Source of the DNA: an uncultured Chloroflexia bacterium
GTDB taxonomy: Bacteria > Chloroflexota > Chloroflexia > QHBQ01 > JAICKM01
Direction of reading: 5' to 3'
DNA length: 64,000 nucleotides
Assembly (NCBI GenBank): GCA_963784695.1
Contig: CAWARZ010000002.1
Span: 1,115,513 to 1,179,512, forward strand
Within the stretch, counting starts at the first letter, position 1, and each line of letters begins with the position of its first letter. Of this stretch, positions 29,560 through 39,944 are shown piece by piece. Under the pieces are notes generated by a model. The model searched no databases and was not told where the DNA came from. It was given only the letters and a program-made list of their open reading frames with translations. The translations under genes were made by a program, and so were the position numbers.

Positions 29560-31905
29560 ATGCCGGCATTCGCGAAGGTGACCACCCCGCTGCCCGAGAT
29601 CGAGATCCAGCGCCTGCGGATCCTGATCCGCGGCGCCGTGCAGGGCGTCGGCTTCCGGCCGTTTGTCTATCGGCTCGCGACCGATGCCGGCCTGGCCGGC
29701 TGGGTCAACAATTCGCCGCAGGGCGTCTGCATCGAGGTGGAGGGGCCGGCGCAGCGCCTGGAGACCTTCCTGACCGCGCTCGAGCGCGAGAAGCCGCCCC
29801 GTGCCTCCATCCAGAGCCTGGAGCCGCTGGTGCTCGACCCGGTGGGCTACCGCGGCTTCGCGATCCGGCCGAGCGAGGAGGGCGGCGGGCGCAGCGCGCT
29901 GATCCTGCCCGACATCGCCACCTGCCCGGACTGCCTGCGCGAGATGTTCGACCCGCACGACCGCCGCTATCGCTACCCCTTTATCAACTGCACCAACTGC
30001 GGCCCGCGCTTCAGCATCGTCGAGGGGCTGCCTTACGACCGGCCGAACACGACGATGCGCGACTTCGTGATGTGCCCAGCGTGCCGGGCCGAGTACGAGG
30101 ATCCGCGCAACCGGCGCTTCCACGCCCAGCCGATCGCCTGCCCCGCCTGCGGCCCCCATCTGGAGGCCTGGAGGCCGGACGGCACCGTGCTGGCGACGCA
30201 GGAGGCCGCGCTGCAGGAGGCGCTCGCGGCGATCGGGCGCGGCGAGATCGTCGCCGTCAAGGGCCTGGGCGGCTTCCACCTGCTGGTCGACGCGCGCGAC
30301 GACGCGGCCGTGCAGCGCCTGCGGCGGCGCAAGCACCGCGAGGAGAAGCCGTTCGCGCTGATGTTCCCGCGGCTGGCCGCCGTGTCGCACGAATGCCTTG
30401 TCGCGCCGCTGGAAGCGCGCCTGCTGACGGCGGCCGAGGCGCCGATCGTGCTGCTGCGCCGCGCGCCCGGGCCGAGCGAGATCGCGCCGAGCGTCGCGCC
30501 CGGCAACCCCTACCTGGGCGCCATGCTGCCCTACACGCCGCTGCACCACCTGCTGCTCGCCAAGCTGGGCCATGCCGTCGTGGCCACGAGCGGCAACGTG
30601 TCGGACGAGCCGATCTGCATCGACGAGCGTGAGGCGCTGGACCGCCTGGGCGGCATCGCCGACCTCTTCCTGGTCCACGACCGGCCCATCGCCCGCCACG
30701 TCGACGACTCGGTCGTCTGCGTGGTGCTCGACCGCGAGATGCTGCTACGCCGGGCGCGCGGCTATGCGCCGCTGCCGATCCACCTGCCCGCCGCGCTGCC
30801 GCCACTGCTGGCCGTCGGCGGCCACCTGAAGAACAGCGTGGCGCTCGCCGTCGGCCAGGATGTCTTCATCAGCCAGCACATCGGCGACCTGGAGACCCTG
30901 CCGGCCACCCGCGCGTTCGAGCGTGTCATCGCCGACTTCAAGCGCCTCTATGCCGTGGTGCCGAGCGGCGTCGTCTGCGATGCCCATCCCGACTATGCCT
31001 CGACGGCCTATGCCGAGCGCACGGGCCTGCCGCTCATCCGCGTGCAGCACCACCTCGCCCACGTCATGGCCTGTCTGGCCGAGAACGAGGTCGCGCCGCC
31101 CGCGCTGGGCGTCTCCTGGGACGGCACCGGCTACGGCCTCGACGGCACGATCTGGGGCGGCGAGTTCTTCACGATCGACGGGCCCATCGCACGGCGCGCG
31201 GCGCACCTGCGCCCCTGGGCGCTGCCCGGCGGCGACCAGGCCGTCAAGGAGCCGCGGCGCACGGCGCTCAGCCTGCTCTACGAGCAGTACGGCACGGCAG
31301 GGTTCGCCCAGGGCGACCTGGCGCCGGTGCGCGCGTGCAGCCCCCAGGAGATGGGCATCTTGCAGACCATGCTGGAGCGCGGCATCAACAGCCCGCGCAC
31401 GAGCAGCATGGGCCGGCTGTTCGACGCCGTGGCCGCGCTGCTGGGCCTGCAGCAGGAGGTGCGCTTCGAGGGTCAGGCGGCGATGGCGCTGGAGTGGGCC
31501 ATGCCCGCCCTGCCGCCCTCCGACGCCTACCCGCTCGACGTCCGCCCCGCGCACGCGCCGGGCGATCCGCTGATTCTCGACTGGGGCCCGCTGCTCGACG
31601 CGCTGCTGCGCGACATCCGCCGGCATGTGGCGCCGGGCCTCTGCGCCGCGCGTTTCCACAACGCCCTGGTCGAGGCCATCGTCACGGTGGCGCAACGGCT
31701 GGGCTACGAGCAGGTCGCCCTGAGCGGCGGCTGCTTCCAGAATCGCTATCTGCTCACACGGGCGGTGCTGCGGCTGCGCGAGGCCGGCTTCCGCCCCTAC
31801 CGCCACCAGCGCGTGCCCCCAAACGACGGGGGCCTGGCCCTCGGCCAGCTGGTTGCGGCCGTGCAAATCAAGGAGGTACAGGATGTGTCTGGCCGTTCCC
31901 GGTAA
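29560..31905 (+). CDS. hypF: [NiFe]-hydrogenase maturation carbamoyltransferase HypF
   Basis: Track ORF 29116..31905 trimmed to ATG 29560. Acylphosphatase domain (RILIRGAVQGVGFRPFVYRLA), two zinc fingers (CPDCLREMFDPHDRRYRYPFINCTNCGPRFS and CPACRAEYEDPRNRRFHAQPIACPACGP), a YrdC domain and a Kae1-like domain. Confidence 0.95.
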   Translation: MPAFAKVTTPLPEIEIQRLRILIRGAVQGVGFRPFVYRLATDAGLAGWVNNSPQGVCIEVEGPAQRLETFLTALEREKPPRASIQSLEPLVLDPVGYRGFAIRPSEEGGGRSALILPDIATCPDCLREMFDPHDRRYRYPFINCTNCGPRFSIVEGLPYDRPNTTMRDFVMCPACRAEYEDPRNRRFHAQPIACPACGPHLEAWRPDGTVLATQEAALQEALAAIGRGEIVAVKGLGGFHLLVDARDDAAVQRLRRRKHREEKPFALMFPRLAAVSHECLVAPLEARLLTAAEAPIVLLRRAPGPSEIAPSVAPGNPYLGAMLPYTPLHHLLLAKLGHAVVATSGNVSDEPICIDEREALDRLGGIADLFLVHDRPIARHVDDSVVCVVLDREMLLRRARGYAPLPIHLPAALPPLLAVGGHLKNSVALAVGQDVFISQHIGDLETLPATRAFERVIADFKRLYAVVPSGVVCDAHPDYASTAYAERTGLPLIRVQHHLAHVMACLAENEVAPPALGVSWDGTGYGLDGTIWGGEFFTIDGPIARRAAHLRPWALPGGDQAVKEPRRTALSLLYEQYGTAGFAQGDLAPVRACSPQEMGILQTMLERGINSPRTSSMGRLFDAVAALLGLQQEVRFEGQAAMALEWAMPALPPSDAYPLDVRPAHAPGDPLILDWGPLLDALLRDIRRHVAPGLCAARFHNALVEAIVTVAQRLGYEQVALSGGCFQNRYLLTRAVLRLREAGFRPYRHQRVPPNDGGLALGQLVAAVQIKEVQDVSGRSR

Positions 31906-32137
31906 GATTCTGGAGATCCCGGATTCGGAGCCCCTGCAGCGCATGGGCCGCGTCAGCTTCGGCGGCATCGTCAAGGATGTGTGCCTGGCCTATGTGCCGG
32001 AGGCGGGCGTCGGCGACTACGTGATCGTGCACGTCGGCTTCGCCATCAGCACGCTCGACGAGGCCGAGGCGCGGCAGGTGTTCGAATACCTGGACGCCAT
32101 CGGCGACCTGACCGAGCTCACGGAGGCCCCCGCGTGA
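31883..32137 (+). CDS. hypC: Hydrogenase assembly chaperone HypC/HupF
   Basis: [13 protein letters not shown]-terminus (essential Cys2). AAGGAGG at 31870-31876. Overlaps the hypF end. Confidence 0.92.
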   Translation: MCLAVPGKILEIPDSEPLQRMGRVSFGGIVKDVCLAYVPEAGVGDYVIVHVGFAISTLDEAEARQVFEYLDAIGDLTELTEAPA

Positions 32138-33255
32138 AGTACGTCGAGGAGTACCGCGACCCCGAGGCCGCGCACGGCTACGCGGCGGCGATCGCGCGCA
32201 TCACCACGCGGCCCTGGACGATCATGGAGGTCTGCGGCGGGCAGACGCACGCGATCATGCGCTACGGCGTGGACGAATTGCTGCCGCCGGAGATCACGCT
32301 GGTGCATGGCCCCGGCTGCCCTGTCTGCGTGACGCCGCTGGAGCAGATCGACAAGGCCATCGCCATCGCGTCGCGCCCCGAGGTCATCTTCTGCTCCTTC
32401 GGGGATATGTTGCGCGTGCCGGGCAGCGATCGCGACCTGCTGCGCGTGAAGGCCGCGGGCGGCGACGTGCGCATCGTCTACTCGCCGCTCGACGCGGTCA
32501 AGCTCGCGGCGGCCCACCCCGACCGCCAGGTCGTCTTCTTCGCCGTCGGCTTCGAGACGACGGCGCCCGCCAACGCCATGGCCGTCTACCAGGCGCGGGC
32601 GCAAGGCCTGACGAACTTCTCGGTGCTCGTGTCGCACGTGCTCGTGCCACCGGCCATGCGCGCCATCCTGAGCGGGGCCAACAACCGCGTGCAGGGCTTC
32701 CTGGCCGCGGGTCACGTCTGCACAATCATGGGCTACACCGAGTACGAGCCGCTGGCCGCGCAGTACCACGTGCCGATCGTGGTCACGGGCATGGAGCCGA
32801 TCGACATCTTGCAGGGCGTCTACATGTGCGTGCAACAGCTCGAGTCCGGTCGCGCCGAGGTCGAGAACCAGTACGCCCGTGCGGTGCGCCGCGAGGGCAA
32901 CGCGCCCGCGCAGGGGCTGATCCGCCAGGTGTTCGAAGTCGTGCCGCGCAAGTGGCGGGGCATCGGCGAGATCCCGCAGAGTGGCCTGGGGCTGCGCCCG
33001 GCCTACGCGGCGTTCGACGCCGAGACGCGCTTCGCCGTACAGGCGTACACCGCGGCCGAGTCGCCGGAGTGCATCAGTGGCCTGGTGTTGCAGGGCGTGC
33101 GGACACCGATCGAATGCCCGGCCTTCGGCACGCGCTGCACGCCCGAGCAGCCGCTCGGCGCGCCGATGGTCTCGGCCGAAGGCGCCTGCGCGGCCTACTA
33201 TCGCTACCGCCGCCTGGCGGCGGCCGCGCCGGCCGGCGCCAAACGAGGGGAGTAA
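32134..33255 (+). CDS. hypD: Hydrogenase formation protein HypD
   Basis: The GTG 32134 start forms a GTGA overlap with the hypC stop. [11 protein letters not shown]..., [17 protein letters not shown] and FETTAP motifs. Confidence 0.93.
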   Translation: MKYVEEYRDPEAAHGYAAAIARITTRPWTIMEVCGGQTHAIMRYGVDELLPPEITLVHGPGCPVCVTPLEQIDKAIAIASRPEVIFCSFGDMLRVPGSDRDLLRVKAAGGDVRIVYSPLDAVKLAAAHPDRQVVFFAVGFETTAPANAMAVYQARAQGLTNFSVLVSHVLVPPAMRAILSGANNRVQGFLAAGHVCTIMGYTEYEPLAAQYHVPIVVTGMEPIDILQGVYMCVQQLESGRAEVENQYARAVRREGNAPAQGLIRQVFEVVPRKWRGIGEIPQSGLGLRPAYAAFDAETRFAVQAYTAAESPECISGLVLQGVRTPIECPAFGTRCTPEQPLGAPMVSAEGACAAYYRYRRLAAAAPAGAKRGE

Positions 33256-33260
33256 GGGCC

Positions 33261-34328
33261 ATGACAGACGTCGTCGATAGCCCGGCCGCGTGGACGCAGA
33301 GTTGCCCCACGCCGATCGCGCGGTACCCGCAGGTGCTCATGGCCCACGGTGGCGGCGGCCGGCTAACCCAGCAACTCATCGACCAGATCTTCGTGCCCGC
33401 CTTCGCCAACCCGGCACTGGAGCAGCGCCACGACGGCGCCGCACTGGCCCTCGGGGACGCGCGTCTGGCCTTCAGCACCGACTCGTACGTGGTGCGCCCG
33501 CTCTTCTTCCCCGGCGGCGATATCGGCAAGCTGGCCGTCACCGGCACGGTGAACGACCTGGCGATGTGCGGCGCGCGCCCGCTCTGGCTGAGCGCGGGCT
33601 TCATCCTCGAAGAGGGTCTGCCAATGGAGACGCTGCAACGCATCGTGCGCTCGATGCAGGCCACGGCGGCGGCGGCAGGTGTGCAACTGGTCACCGGCGA
33701 CACGAAGGTGGTCGACCGCGGCCGGGGCGACGGCATCTTCATCAATACGGCCGGCATCGGCGCGATCGAGCACCCGGACCCGATCCGGCCGGCCGCGGTG
33801 CAGCCCGGCGACGTGATCATCCTGAGCGGCGACATCGGCCGGCACGGCGTGGCCGTGATGGCGGAGCGCGAGGGCCTGGCCTTCGAGACGACGATCGAGT
33901 CGGACTGCGCGCTGTTGGCGGCGCCCGTGCTGGCGCTGCTCGACGCGGGCATCCCCGTCCACTGCCTGCGCGACTTGACGCGCGGCGGCCTGGCCAGCGC
34001 CCTGATCGAGATCGCCGAGGCGGCCGCCCAGCCGCTTCGGCTGGACGAGCGCGCCATCCCGGTGGCCGAGCAGGTGCAGGCGGCCTGCGAACTCCTGGGG
34101 CTCGACCCGCTCTACGTGGCGAACGAGGGCCGCTTCGTGGCCTTCGTGCCCGCAGCCGTCGCGGACCGGGCGCTGGCCGTGCTGGCGGGGCACTCGGTGA
34201 GCGCGGGCGCCACGCTGATCGGCGCCGTGGCCGGCGACGCGCCCGGGCGCGTGGCGCTGCGCACACGGATTGGGGTGAGCCACGTGGTGGAGCGGCTGAG
34301 CGGCGAGCAACTGCCGCGGATCTGCTGA
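33261..34328 (+). CDS. hypE: Hydrogenase expression/formation protein HypE
   Basis: Track ORF 32826..34328 trimmed to ATG 33261. PurM-like fold, and the protein ends in the canonical ...EQLPRIC. Confidence 0.93.
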   Translation: MTDVVDSPAAWTQSCPTPIARYPQVLMAHGGGGRLTQQLIDQIFVPAFANPALEQRHDGAALALGDARLAFSTDSYVVRPLFFPGGDIGKLAVTGTVNDLAMCGARPLWLSAGFILEEGLPMETLQRIVRSMQATAAAAGVQLVTGDTKVVDRGRGDGIFINTAGIGAIEHPDPIRPAAVQPGDVIILSGDIGRHGVAVMAEREGLAFETTIESDCALLAAPVLALLDAGIPVHCLRDLTRGGLASALIEIAEAAAQPLRLDERAIPVAEQVQAACELLGLDPLYVANEGRFVAFVPAAVADRALAVLAGHSVSAGATLIGAVAGDAPGRVALRTRIGVSHVVERLSGEQLPRIC

Positions 34329-34605
34329 GGCGGGGGCGAGCCGAACGAACCGGAGCGCGTGCGCCCGGGCGTGTGCCTCACCCCTGATGGACGCGTGTCC
34401 CTCGAGCGCAGGGAGCCGATCGGGCGGGATTTGTGGCTGCCCGTAGGCGGCATCGCGCCTCACCTGCCGCAATTACCGATCTTCGCTGTCATAAACGATC
34501 AGACGATTTCGGCCGGCCTTGGGACCGGATCGCGCCGCACCATCGCAGGGCAGAGCCTGCTCGCAGCGACGGCTGCGCACCGCGGGCCTTCTTATCCGAT
34601 CCTAT

Positions 34606-34634
34606 TTGATATGCAACCCCGTTTCCGGTACAAT
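34606..34634 (+). promoter_or_regulatory. Near-consensus sigma70-type promoter upstream of the O-antigen-ligase/TPR gene
   Basis: TTGATA (34606-34611), then a 17-nt spacer, then TACAAT (34629-34634), in a lower-GC intergenic region about 125 nt before the TTG start at 34761. Confidence 0.5.
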
Positions 34635-34760
34635 GAAACTTGCGGCGAAGCACGCTCCGTACTGGAATTGAACGCGGCTAGCATCGCTATTTGGAAGTTC
34701 ACGCCCCTCCCCCGGGTTCCCCTCGCACGCGGGCCTCGGACTTAGCAAAGGAGCTCGTAG

Positions 34761-37700
34761 TTGCAGAGCAAGCTCGAGTTTATCTGCGACCGTATCATCG
34801 AAGCCGGCTGGCTGGCAGCCATTGTTTTCACGCCGCTCTATTTCAACGTCTACAGCAGCCGGGTTTTTGAGCCGGACAAGATCAGCCTGTTGCGAAATAT
34901 CGTGCTGATGATGACGATCGCCTGGTTGATCAAGCTGGTGGAAGGCTATCTGCGCCGGCCCGCGAGCAACCGGCACGCCGCCGACGTGGCGGCCGAGGCG
35001 GCGCCCGCCTGGCTGCCATCCCTGCTGCGCATCCCGATGATGCTGCCCATCCTCGTCTACGCAGCGGTCTATTTGCTGTCCACCCTGACGTCGATCGTGC
35101 CGCTGACGTCCATTTTCGGCTCCTACCAGCGCTTGCAGGGCACCATCACCCAGTACACTTATATTACGCTCGCGCTGCTGATCCTGGCGAACATGCGCTC
35201 GCGCGTGCAATTGGAGCGCCTGATCACCTTCGGCATCGTGACCAGCGTCCCCGTGGCCGCCTACGGCATCGTGCAGGCGCTGGGCCTGGACCCGCTGCCC
35301 TGGGCGGGCGACGTGCAGACGCGCGTCGCGTCCAGCATGGGCAACGCGATCTTCGTGGCCGCCTGGCTGATCATGGCCGTGCCGCTCACGCTGCAGCGCT
35401 GGATCGCCGCCGTGGCTGATCGCCACACGGTGGGCACCGAGGCGCCGCCCGCACCGCCCGAGCCGCGCAGCGATCCCTGGCCGCTGGCCATCATCGGCAG
35501 CGCGGCCGTCTTCTTCCTGGTGATCGTGCAGTATCTCGGCATCACTACCGGCAACGACCTGCCCGTGGCGTCCGGCGTGCCGCAGCTGACGCCCAACTAC
35601 AACACGTTCGGCGACGTGTTCCTCTGGATCCTGGTCATCGCGGTCGGGGCGCTGTTCGTCTGGCTGGTGAACAACGTCGCCGACCAGGCGCTGCGCAACG
35701 CCGGGCGCGGGGGCGCGGCGGCCGAACCGGGCCCGCCCGCCTGGCTCAGCATCGCCAACCCGGTAATCCAGCTGGCCGTGCTCGGCCTGGGCATCTACAT
35801 CGTCGGCAAGGTGCGCGTGCCCGACTTCTCGCTCTGGATCGTCCTGCCCGCCGCCATTTTCATCTTCTACGCGCTGTCTTTCCTGTACACCATGGCGGGC
35901 AACACGAGCGTGCTCTCGAACCGGCTGCAGCTGTACGGGCTGCCCGCGCTGATGGTCATGCAGATCCTCGTCATCTTCCTGACGCAGAGCCGCGGTCCCG
36001 AGCTCGGCCTGCTGCTGGGCCTGGTGATCTTCGCGTTCGCCTTCCTGCTGCGCCGTGGGCTCTACCGCGCCTTCGCGGTCAGCCTCGGCGTCGTGCTGCT
36101 GGGCGGCGCCTTCCTGCTCGTCTTCAACCTGCCCGATTCGCCCATCGCCTCGTGGCGCAGCCTGCCCTACATCGGCCGCCTCGGCCTCATCAGCCAGACG
36201 GACGAGGGCACGGGCAAGGTCCGCGTGCTCATCTGGGGCGGCGCCCTGAAGATGATCACATCCGACCCCGTGCGCATGTTCATCGGCTGGGGCCCGGAGG
36301 CGATGTACGTCGGCTACAACAAGTTCTACCCGCCCGACCTGGGGCACTGGGAGCTACGCAACGCCACGCCCGACCGCAGCCACGACGTCTTCTTCGACCA
36401 GGCGGTCACCATGGGCCTGATCGGCCTGGTGGCCTATCTCTTCCTGTTCGGGTCCTTCCTCTGGTTCGCGGTCCGTGCGCTGCGTAAGGCGCCGGAACTG
36501 CACGACCAACTCATTCTGATCGGCTTCCTGTCGATGGGCCTGGCCCACCTGGGCGAGCTCGTCACCGGCATCCAGATCGCCGCCACCTACACCTACTTCT
36601 ACATGGGCGTCGGCGGGGTCGTCGTGCTGGGCTACGTGCTGAACGACTATCTGCGCAAGCCGGCGGAGGAAACCGCGCCCGAGGAGGTGCGCATGAGCGC
36701 CCCGCCCGAGCCCGCCCTGCCGGCACCCGTGCTGGCGAACGCGACGTCGGCGGCGGGCGCGGCCGCGACGGCAGCACCGCGCCGGAGCGCCGCTCCGGCG
36801 GCTGCCGCCCGCGGCGGGCGCGGCCCGGCCACGACGGTGGCCTCGCGCGGCAGCGGCCCAAGCAGCCGGCGCACCAGCGGGGGCAACGGCAGCAGCGGCC
36901 GCCATCTGAGCCCGGCCGGGCGCACCAGTGGCGGCGTGCGCGCCGGGCGTGGCGGCCTTGTTCTCGGCAGCTATGCCACCAACCGGCCGGCCATGTTCTG
37001 GGTCTATGGTGCGCTGGGCCTGGCCGCCCTCGTGCTGATCCTCGGACTGAACGTCAACCTGGTCAAGGCCGACATGTTCTACAAGCAGGGCCTCAGCTAC
37101 GACAATAACCAGCAGTGGCCCGGCTCGATCGGCCCCTACGAGAAGGCGATCGCCATCTCGCCGAACGAGGACTTCTACTATCTGTTCCTGGGCCGCGCCT
37201 ACATGGAGTGGGCCAAGGTGCAGAACAGCAACCCGAACACGTTCCAGGGCAGCCCGCCGGCCGCGACGCTGCTGGCGGACGCCGAGAACGCGCTGAACCG
37301 CGCCAAGGCGCTCAACCCGCTGAACACCGACCATTACGCCAACCTGGGGCGCCTCTACGTCTACTGGGGTGACTCGCTGGGCGGCGACCAGCAGTACTAC
37401 GCGAAGGCCGTCCAGATGTACGAGCACGCGCACGAGCTCAGCCCGGGCAACGCCGGCCTCTGGAACGAGCTGGCCCTGGCCTACGCCAAGGCGGGGCGCA
37501 TGGCCGACTTCGAGACGGCCATCCGCGGCTCGCAGCAGATGGATAGCCTCTACGCGCAGACGCCGTTCATCGCGGGCGAGGTCGAGCGCAGCCAGGCCGA
37601 GGTCTATGCCTCGGAGGAGAAGAACCCGCCCGCGGGCGTCGTCTCGGCCACCTTGGTGCTGTCGGCGACGCAAGAAGCCCAGGCCGCGGCCAAGGACTAC

Positions 37701-38231
37701 GGCGACTCGATCAAGCTGGACTCGACGCTGATCCGCGACTCAGACTTCGAGAACCGCGTGCAGTTCCTGCAGCAGTACAACGCCCTGCAGCCGCTGGCCG
37801 TCGCCTACCAGGACGTGATCAGCAAGGCCCTCGCCGCCAAGGCGCAGAACCCGGCGGCGTCCGATGAACCCGCGCAGGTGCGTGCCTCGCTCGGTTATGT
37901 CGAGTGGAAGATGGGCAACACGGCCGACGCGATCACGCAGTTCGAGCGGGCGGTCGCGCTGCAGTGCAACGACTTCTACAACCTGCAGAACCTGGGCCTG
38001 CTCTACCAGCAAACGGGCGACAAGGAGCGCGAGCTGAACATGTACGAGGCGGCGCTGGCCGTCGCCGACTGCAACAGCTCGGCCAGTTACACGCTCACCT
38101 GCAAGCCGTTGCAGCAGAGCACCGCCGCCGGCACCTGCGCGCCGCTGACGGGGCAAAGCACGCTCACGCAGACCATCACCGATCTGCGCTCGACGGTGCA
38201 GCAGCTGAAACAACAGCTCGGGCGCCAATAA
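34761..38231 (+). CDS. Polytopic O-antigen-ligase/polymerase-like (Wzy_C) membrane protein fused to C-terminal TPR repeats
   Basis: 1156-aa ORF with AAGGAG 8 nt before the TTG start. About 12 or more hydrophobic segments in the first ~620 aa, a low-complexity Ala/Gly/Arg/Ser linker, one more TM segment, then TPR-like repeats (AISPNEDFYYLFLGRAYMEW..., AKAVQMYEHAHELSPGNAGLWNELALAY...). Confidence 0.8.
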   Translation: MQSKLEFICDRIIEAGWLAAIVFTPLYFNVYSSRVFEPDKISLLRNIVLMMTIAWLIKLVEGYLRRPASNRHAADVAAEAAPAWLPSLLRIPMMLPILVYAAVYLLSTLTSIVPLTSIFGSYQRLQGTITQYTYITLALLILANMRSRVQLERLITFGIVTSVPVAAYGIVQALGLDPLPWAGDVQTRVASSMGNAIFVAAWLIMAVPLTLQRWIAAVADRHTVGTEAPPAPPEPRSDPWPLAIIGSAAVFFLVIVQYLGITTGNDLPVASGVPQLTPNYNTFGDVFLWILVIAVGALFVWLVNNVADQALRNAGRGGAAAEPGPPAWLSIANPVIQLAVLGLGIYIVGKVRVPDFSLWIVLPAAIFIFYALSFLYTMAGNTSVLSNRLQLYGLPALMVMQILVIFLTQSRGPELGLLLGLVIFAFAFLLRRGLYRAFAVSLGVVLLGGAFLLVFNLPDSPIASWRSLPYIGRLGLISQTDEGTGKVRVLIWGGALKMITSDPVRMFIGWGPEAMYVGYNKFYPPDLGHWELRNATPDRSHDVFFDQAVTMGLIGLVAYLFLFGSFLWFAVRALRKAPELHDQLILIGFLSMGLAHLGELVTGIQIAATYTYFYMGVGGVVVLGYVLNDYLRKPAEETAPEEVRMSAPPEPALPAPVLANATSAAGAAATAAPRRSAAPAAAARGGRGPATTVASRGSGPSSRRTSGGNGSSGRHLSPAGRTSGGVRAGRGGLVLGSYATNRPAMFWVYGALGLAALVLILGLNVNLVKADMFYKQGLSYDNNQQWPGSIGPYEKAIAISPNEDFYYLFLGRAYMEWAKVQNSNPNTFQGSPPAATLLADAENALNRAKALNPLNTDHYANLGRLYVYWGDSLGGDQQYYAKAVQMYEHAHELSPGNAGLWNELALAYAKAGRMADFETAIRGSQQMDSLYAQTPFIAGEVERSQAEVYASEEKNPPAGVVSATLVLSATQEAQAAAKDYGDSIKLDSTLIRDSDFENRVQFLQQYNALQPLAVAYQDVISKALAAKAQNPAASDEPAQVRASLGYVEWKMGNTADAITQFERAVALQCNDFYNLQNLGLLYQQTGDKERELNMYEAALAVADCNSSASYTLTCKPLQQSTAAGTCAPLTGQSTLTQTITDLRSTVQQLKQQLGRQ

Positions 38232-38243
38232 GGACGGGAAGCG

Positions 38244-39350
38244 ATGTTCGTCCAGGACCTGGTCATCCTGGTCGCGGCGCTGGCGGTCGTGCTGCTCGCC
38301 ACGCCGCTGGTGCGGCGCGCGGCCGCCCGGCTGGATCTCATCGACCAGCCGAGCGCGCGCAAAGTGCATCGCGACCCCGTGCCCCTGCTCGGCGGCGTAG
38401 CGATCTGGCTGGGCTTCGTCGTACCCACCCTGTTGCTCGTCGTGCTCAACTCCGCCCCGTTCGTCAAGCAGTTCGGCAGTGTCATCGCGGGCGCCACGCT
38501 GGCCTCGCTGGTGGGCTTCTGGGACGATCGCTGGGGCATGAAGCCGGTCGTCAAGCTGCTGGGCCAGGTGATCGCGGCGGCGCTGATGATCGCCTTCGGC
38601 ACCAGCGTGCAGTTCCTGCATAACGACCTGCTCGACGTCGCGCTCACGCTATTCTGGGTCATCGGCATCACGAACGCGCTTAATCTGATGGACAACATGG
38701 ACGGCCTGGCGGGCGGCGTGGCGGCGTTCGCGTCCTTCTTCTTCTTCTTGCTCGCCGCCTTCAGCGGGCAGAATCTGGTGGCCCCGTTGGCGCTCGCGCT
38801 GACCGGCGCGTGTGCCGGCTTCCTGTACTACAACTTCAAGCCCGGGCACATCTTCATGGGCGACACGGGCAGCCTCTTCCTGGGCTTCATGCTGGCGGCG
38901 GTCGGCATCAAGCTGCGCTTCCCCGTGCTACACGACCCGCTGACCGGTATTGCCGTCGACCACCAGAGCGTCACCTGGATGATCCCGCTGCTCGTGCTGG
39001 GGCTGCCCATCTTCGACACCACGCTGGTCAGCCTATCGCGCCTGCGCCGCGGGCTGCCGATCACACGCGGCGGCCGCGACCACACCTCGCACCGCCTGGT
39101 CGCGCTCGGCGCAAGCCGCCACGAGGCGGTCTTGATCCTCTACCTGGCCGGCTGCTTGCTCGGCGTGGCGGCCATCGCGGTGATGAACTTGCCCGTCTGG
39201 GAAGCACAGATCATGGGGCTGCTCGTGCTCGCGGCCGCAGTGGTGGCCTTCTGGCGGCTGGAGCAGGTGCCGCTGATCGACACGAACCCCGTGGTGGCCG
39301 AGACGACGGGCGGGCCACGCGTGCGTCGCCGGCCGCAAAAATCGGCCTGA
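38244..39350 (+). CDS. Glycosyltransferase family 4, polyprenyl-phosphate HexNAc-1-phosphate transferase (WecA/MraY-like)
   Basis: DQPSARKVHRDPVPLLGG, WDDRWGMKP, NALNLMDNMDGLAGG and IFMGDTGSLFLG are the conserved MraY/WecA motifs. Confidence 0.9.
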   Translation: MFVQDLVILVAALAVVLLATPLVRRAAARLDLIDQPSARKVHRDPVPLLGGVAIWLGFVVPTLLLVVLNSAPFVKQFGSVIAGATLASLVGFWDDRWGMKPVVKLLGQVIAAALMIAFGTSVQFLHNDLLDVALTLFWVIGITNALNLMDNMDGLAGGVAAFASFFFFLLAAFSGQNLVAPLALALTGACAGFLYYNFKPGHIFMGDTGSLFLGFMLAAVGIKLRFPVLHDPLTGIAVDHQSVTWMIPLLVLGLPIFDTTLVSLSRLRRGLPITRGGRDHTSHRLVALGASRHEAVLILYLAGCLLGVAAIAVMNLPVWEAQIMGLLVLAAAVVAFWRLEQVPLIDTNPVVAETTGGPRVRRRPQKSA

Positions 39351-39379
39351 AGTCGGCTGGACGCAGGACCTTCGTCTGC

Positions 39380-39408
39380 TTGCAATTGCACAGGTGCTAT
39401 GTTATAAT
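39380..39408 (+). promoter_or_regulatory. Consensus-like promoter for tRNA-Ser
   Basis: TTGCAA (39380-39385), then a 17-nt spacer, then TATAAT (39403-39408), 19 nt before the tRNA 5' end. Confidence 0.6.
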
Positions 39409-39427
39409 AGCCCCGTCCACGTAATCT

Positions 39428-39522
39428 GGGGAGATGCCAGAGTGGTCGAATGGGGCCGCCTGCTAAGCGGTTAAGCGGGCTTTAAACCTGCTTCTAGGGT
39501 TCGAATCCCTATCTCCCCGCCA
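39428..39522 (+). tRNA. tRNA-Ser (anticodon GCU), CCA encoded
   Basis: Acceptor GGGGAGA/TCTCCCC, anticodon stem-loop GCCGC-CTGCTAA-GCGGT, long variable arm, T-arm TAGGG-TTCGAAT-CCCTA, discriminator G plus CCA. 95 nt. Confidence 0.9.
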
Positions 39523-39944
39523 ACCTCTGTTCCAGTGACCTGTTTTCCCAACACGGGACTGTCTTGCCGCCTACCTCGATCCAGGGTCCCACACCGGCGC
39601 AGTCAGCAGGTTCTCTATGCAGGGTTCGCGGACGCCGCTCGGGCCGCCGGCGGCACCGGGCCGCGGCAAGCCAAGCAGGCAGGCCGTCTTGGCATACATC
39701 TTGCGCAGTGCACGAGCGCGTGCTCCCTGGCGAGCACCCGACTCCTGGATTTTCTTCCATGCCTGTGCTTGGACCTGGCGTCACCCTTCGTCTCCCGTGT
39801 GCAGCGGTGCACGCGCCGACACGAGCGACCCGCGTCTAGTCCACACAGCTGGCTATTGTGAGCACCGTAGCCTGAACCCTAAGACTCGTGACATTTCCCA
39901 TAGGCAACCGGACCGCGCCGAATCACAAAGGAGTGAGGACGCAG

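Noticed and set aside
27196-34328. The claim that the organism lacks HypB altogether
   Set aside because: Only 64 kb are visible, and hypB may be encoded elsewhere. I report only its absence from this maturation locus.
39523-39944. Prophage or genomic-island junction downstream of tRNA-Ser
   Set aside because: The 420-bp spacer has no integrase fragment and no direct repeat of the tRNA 3' end. The track ORFs there are short, overlapping and low-complexity.
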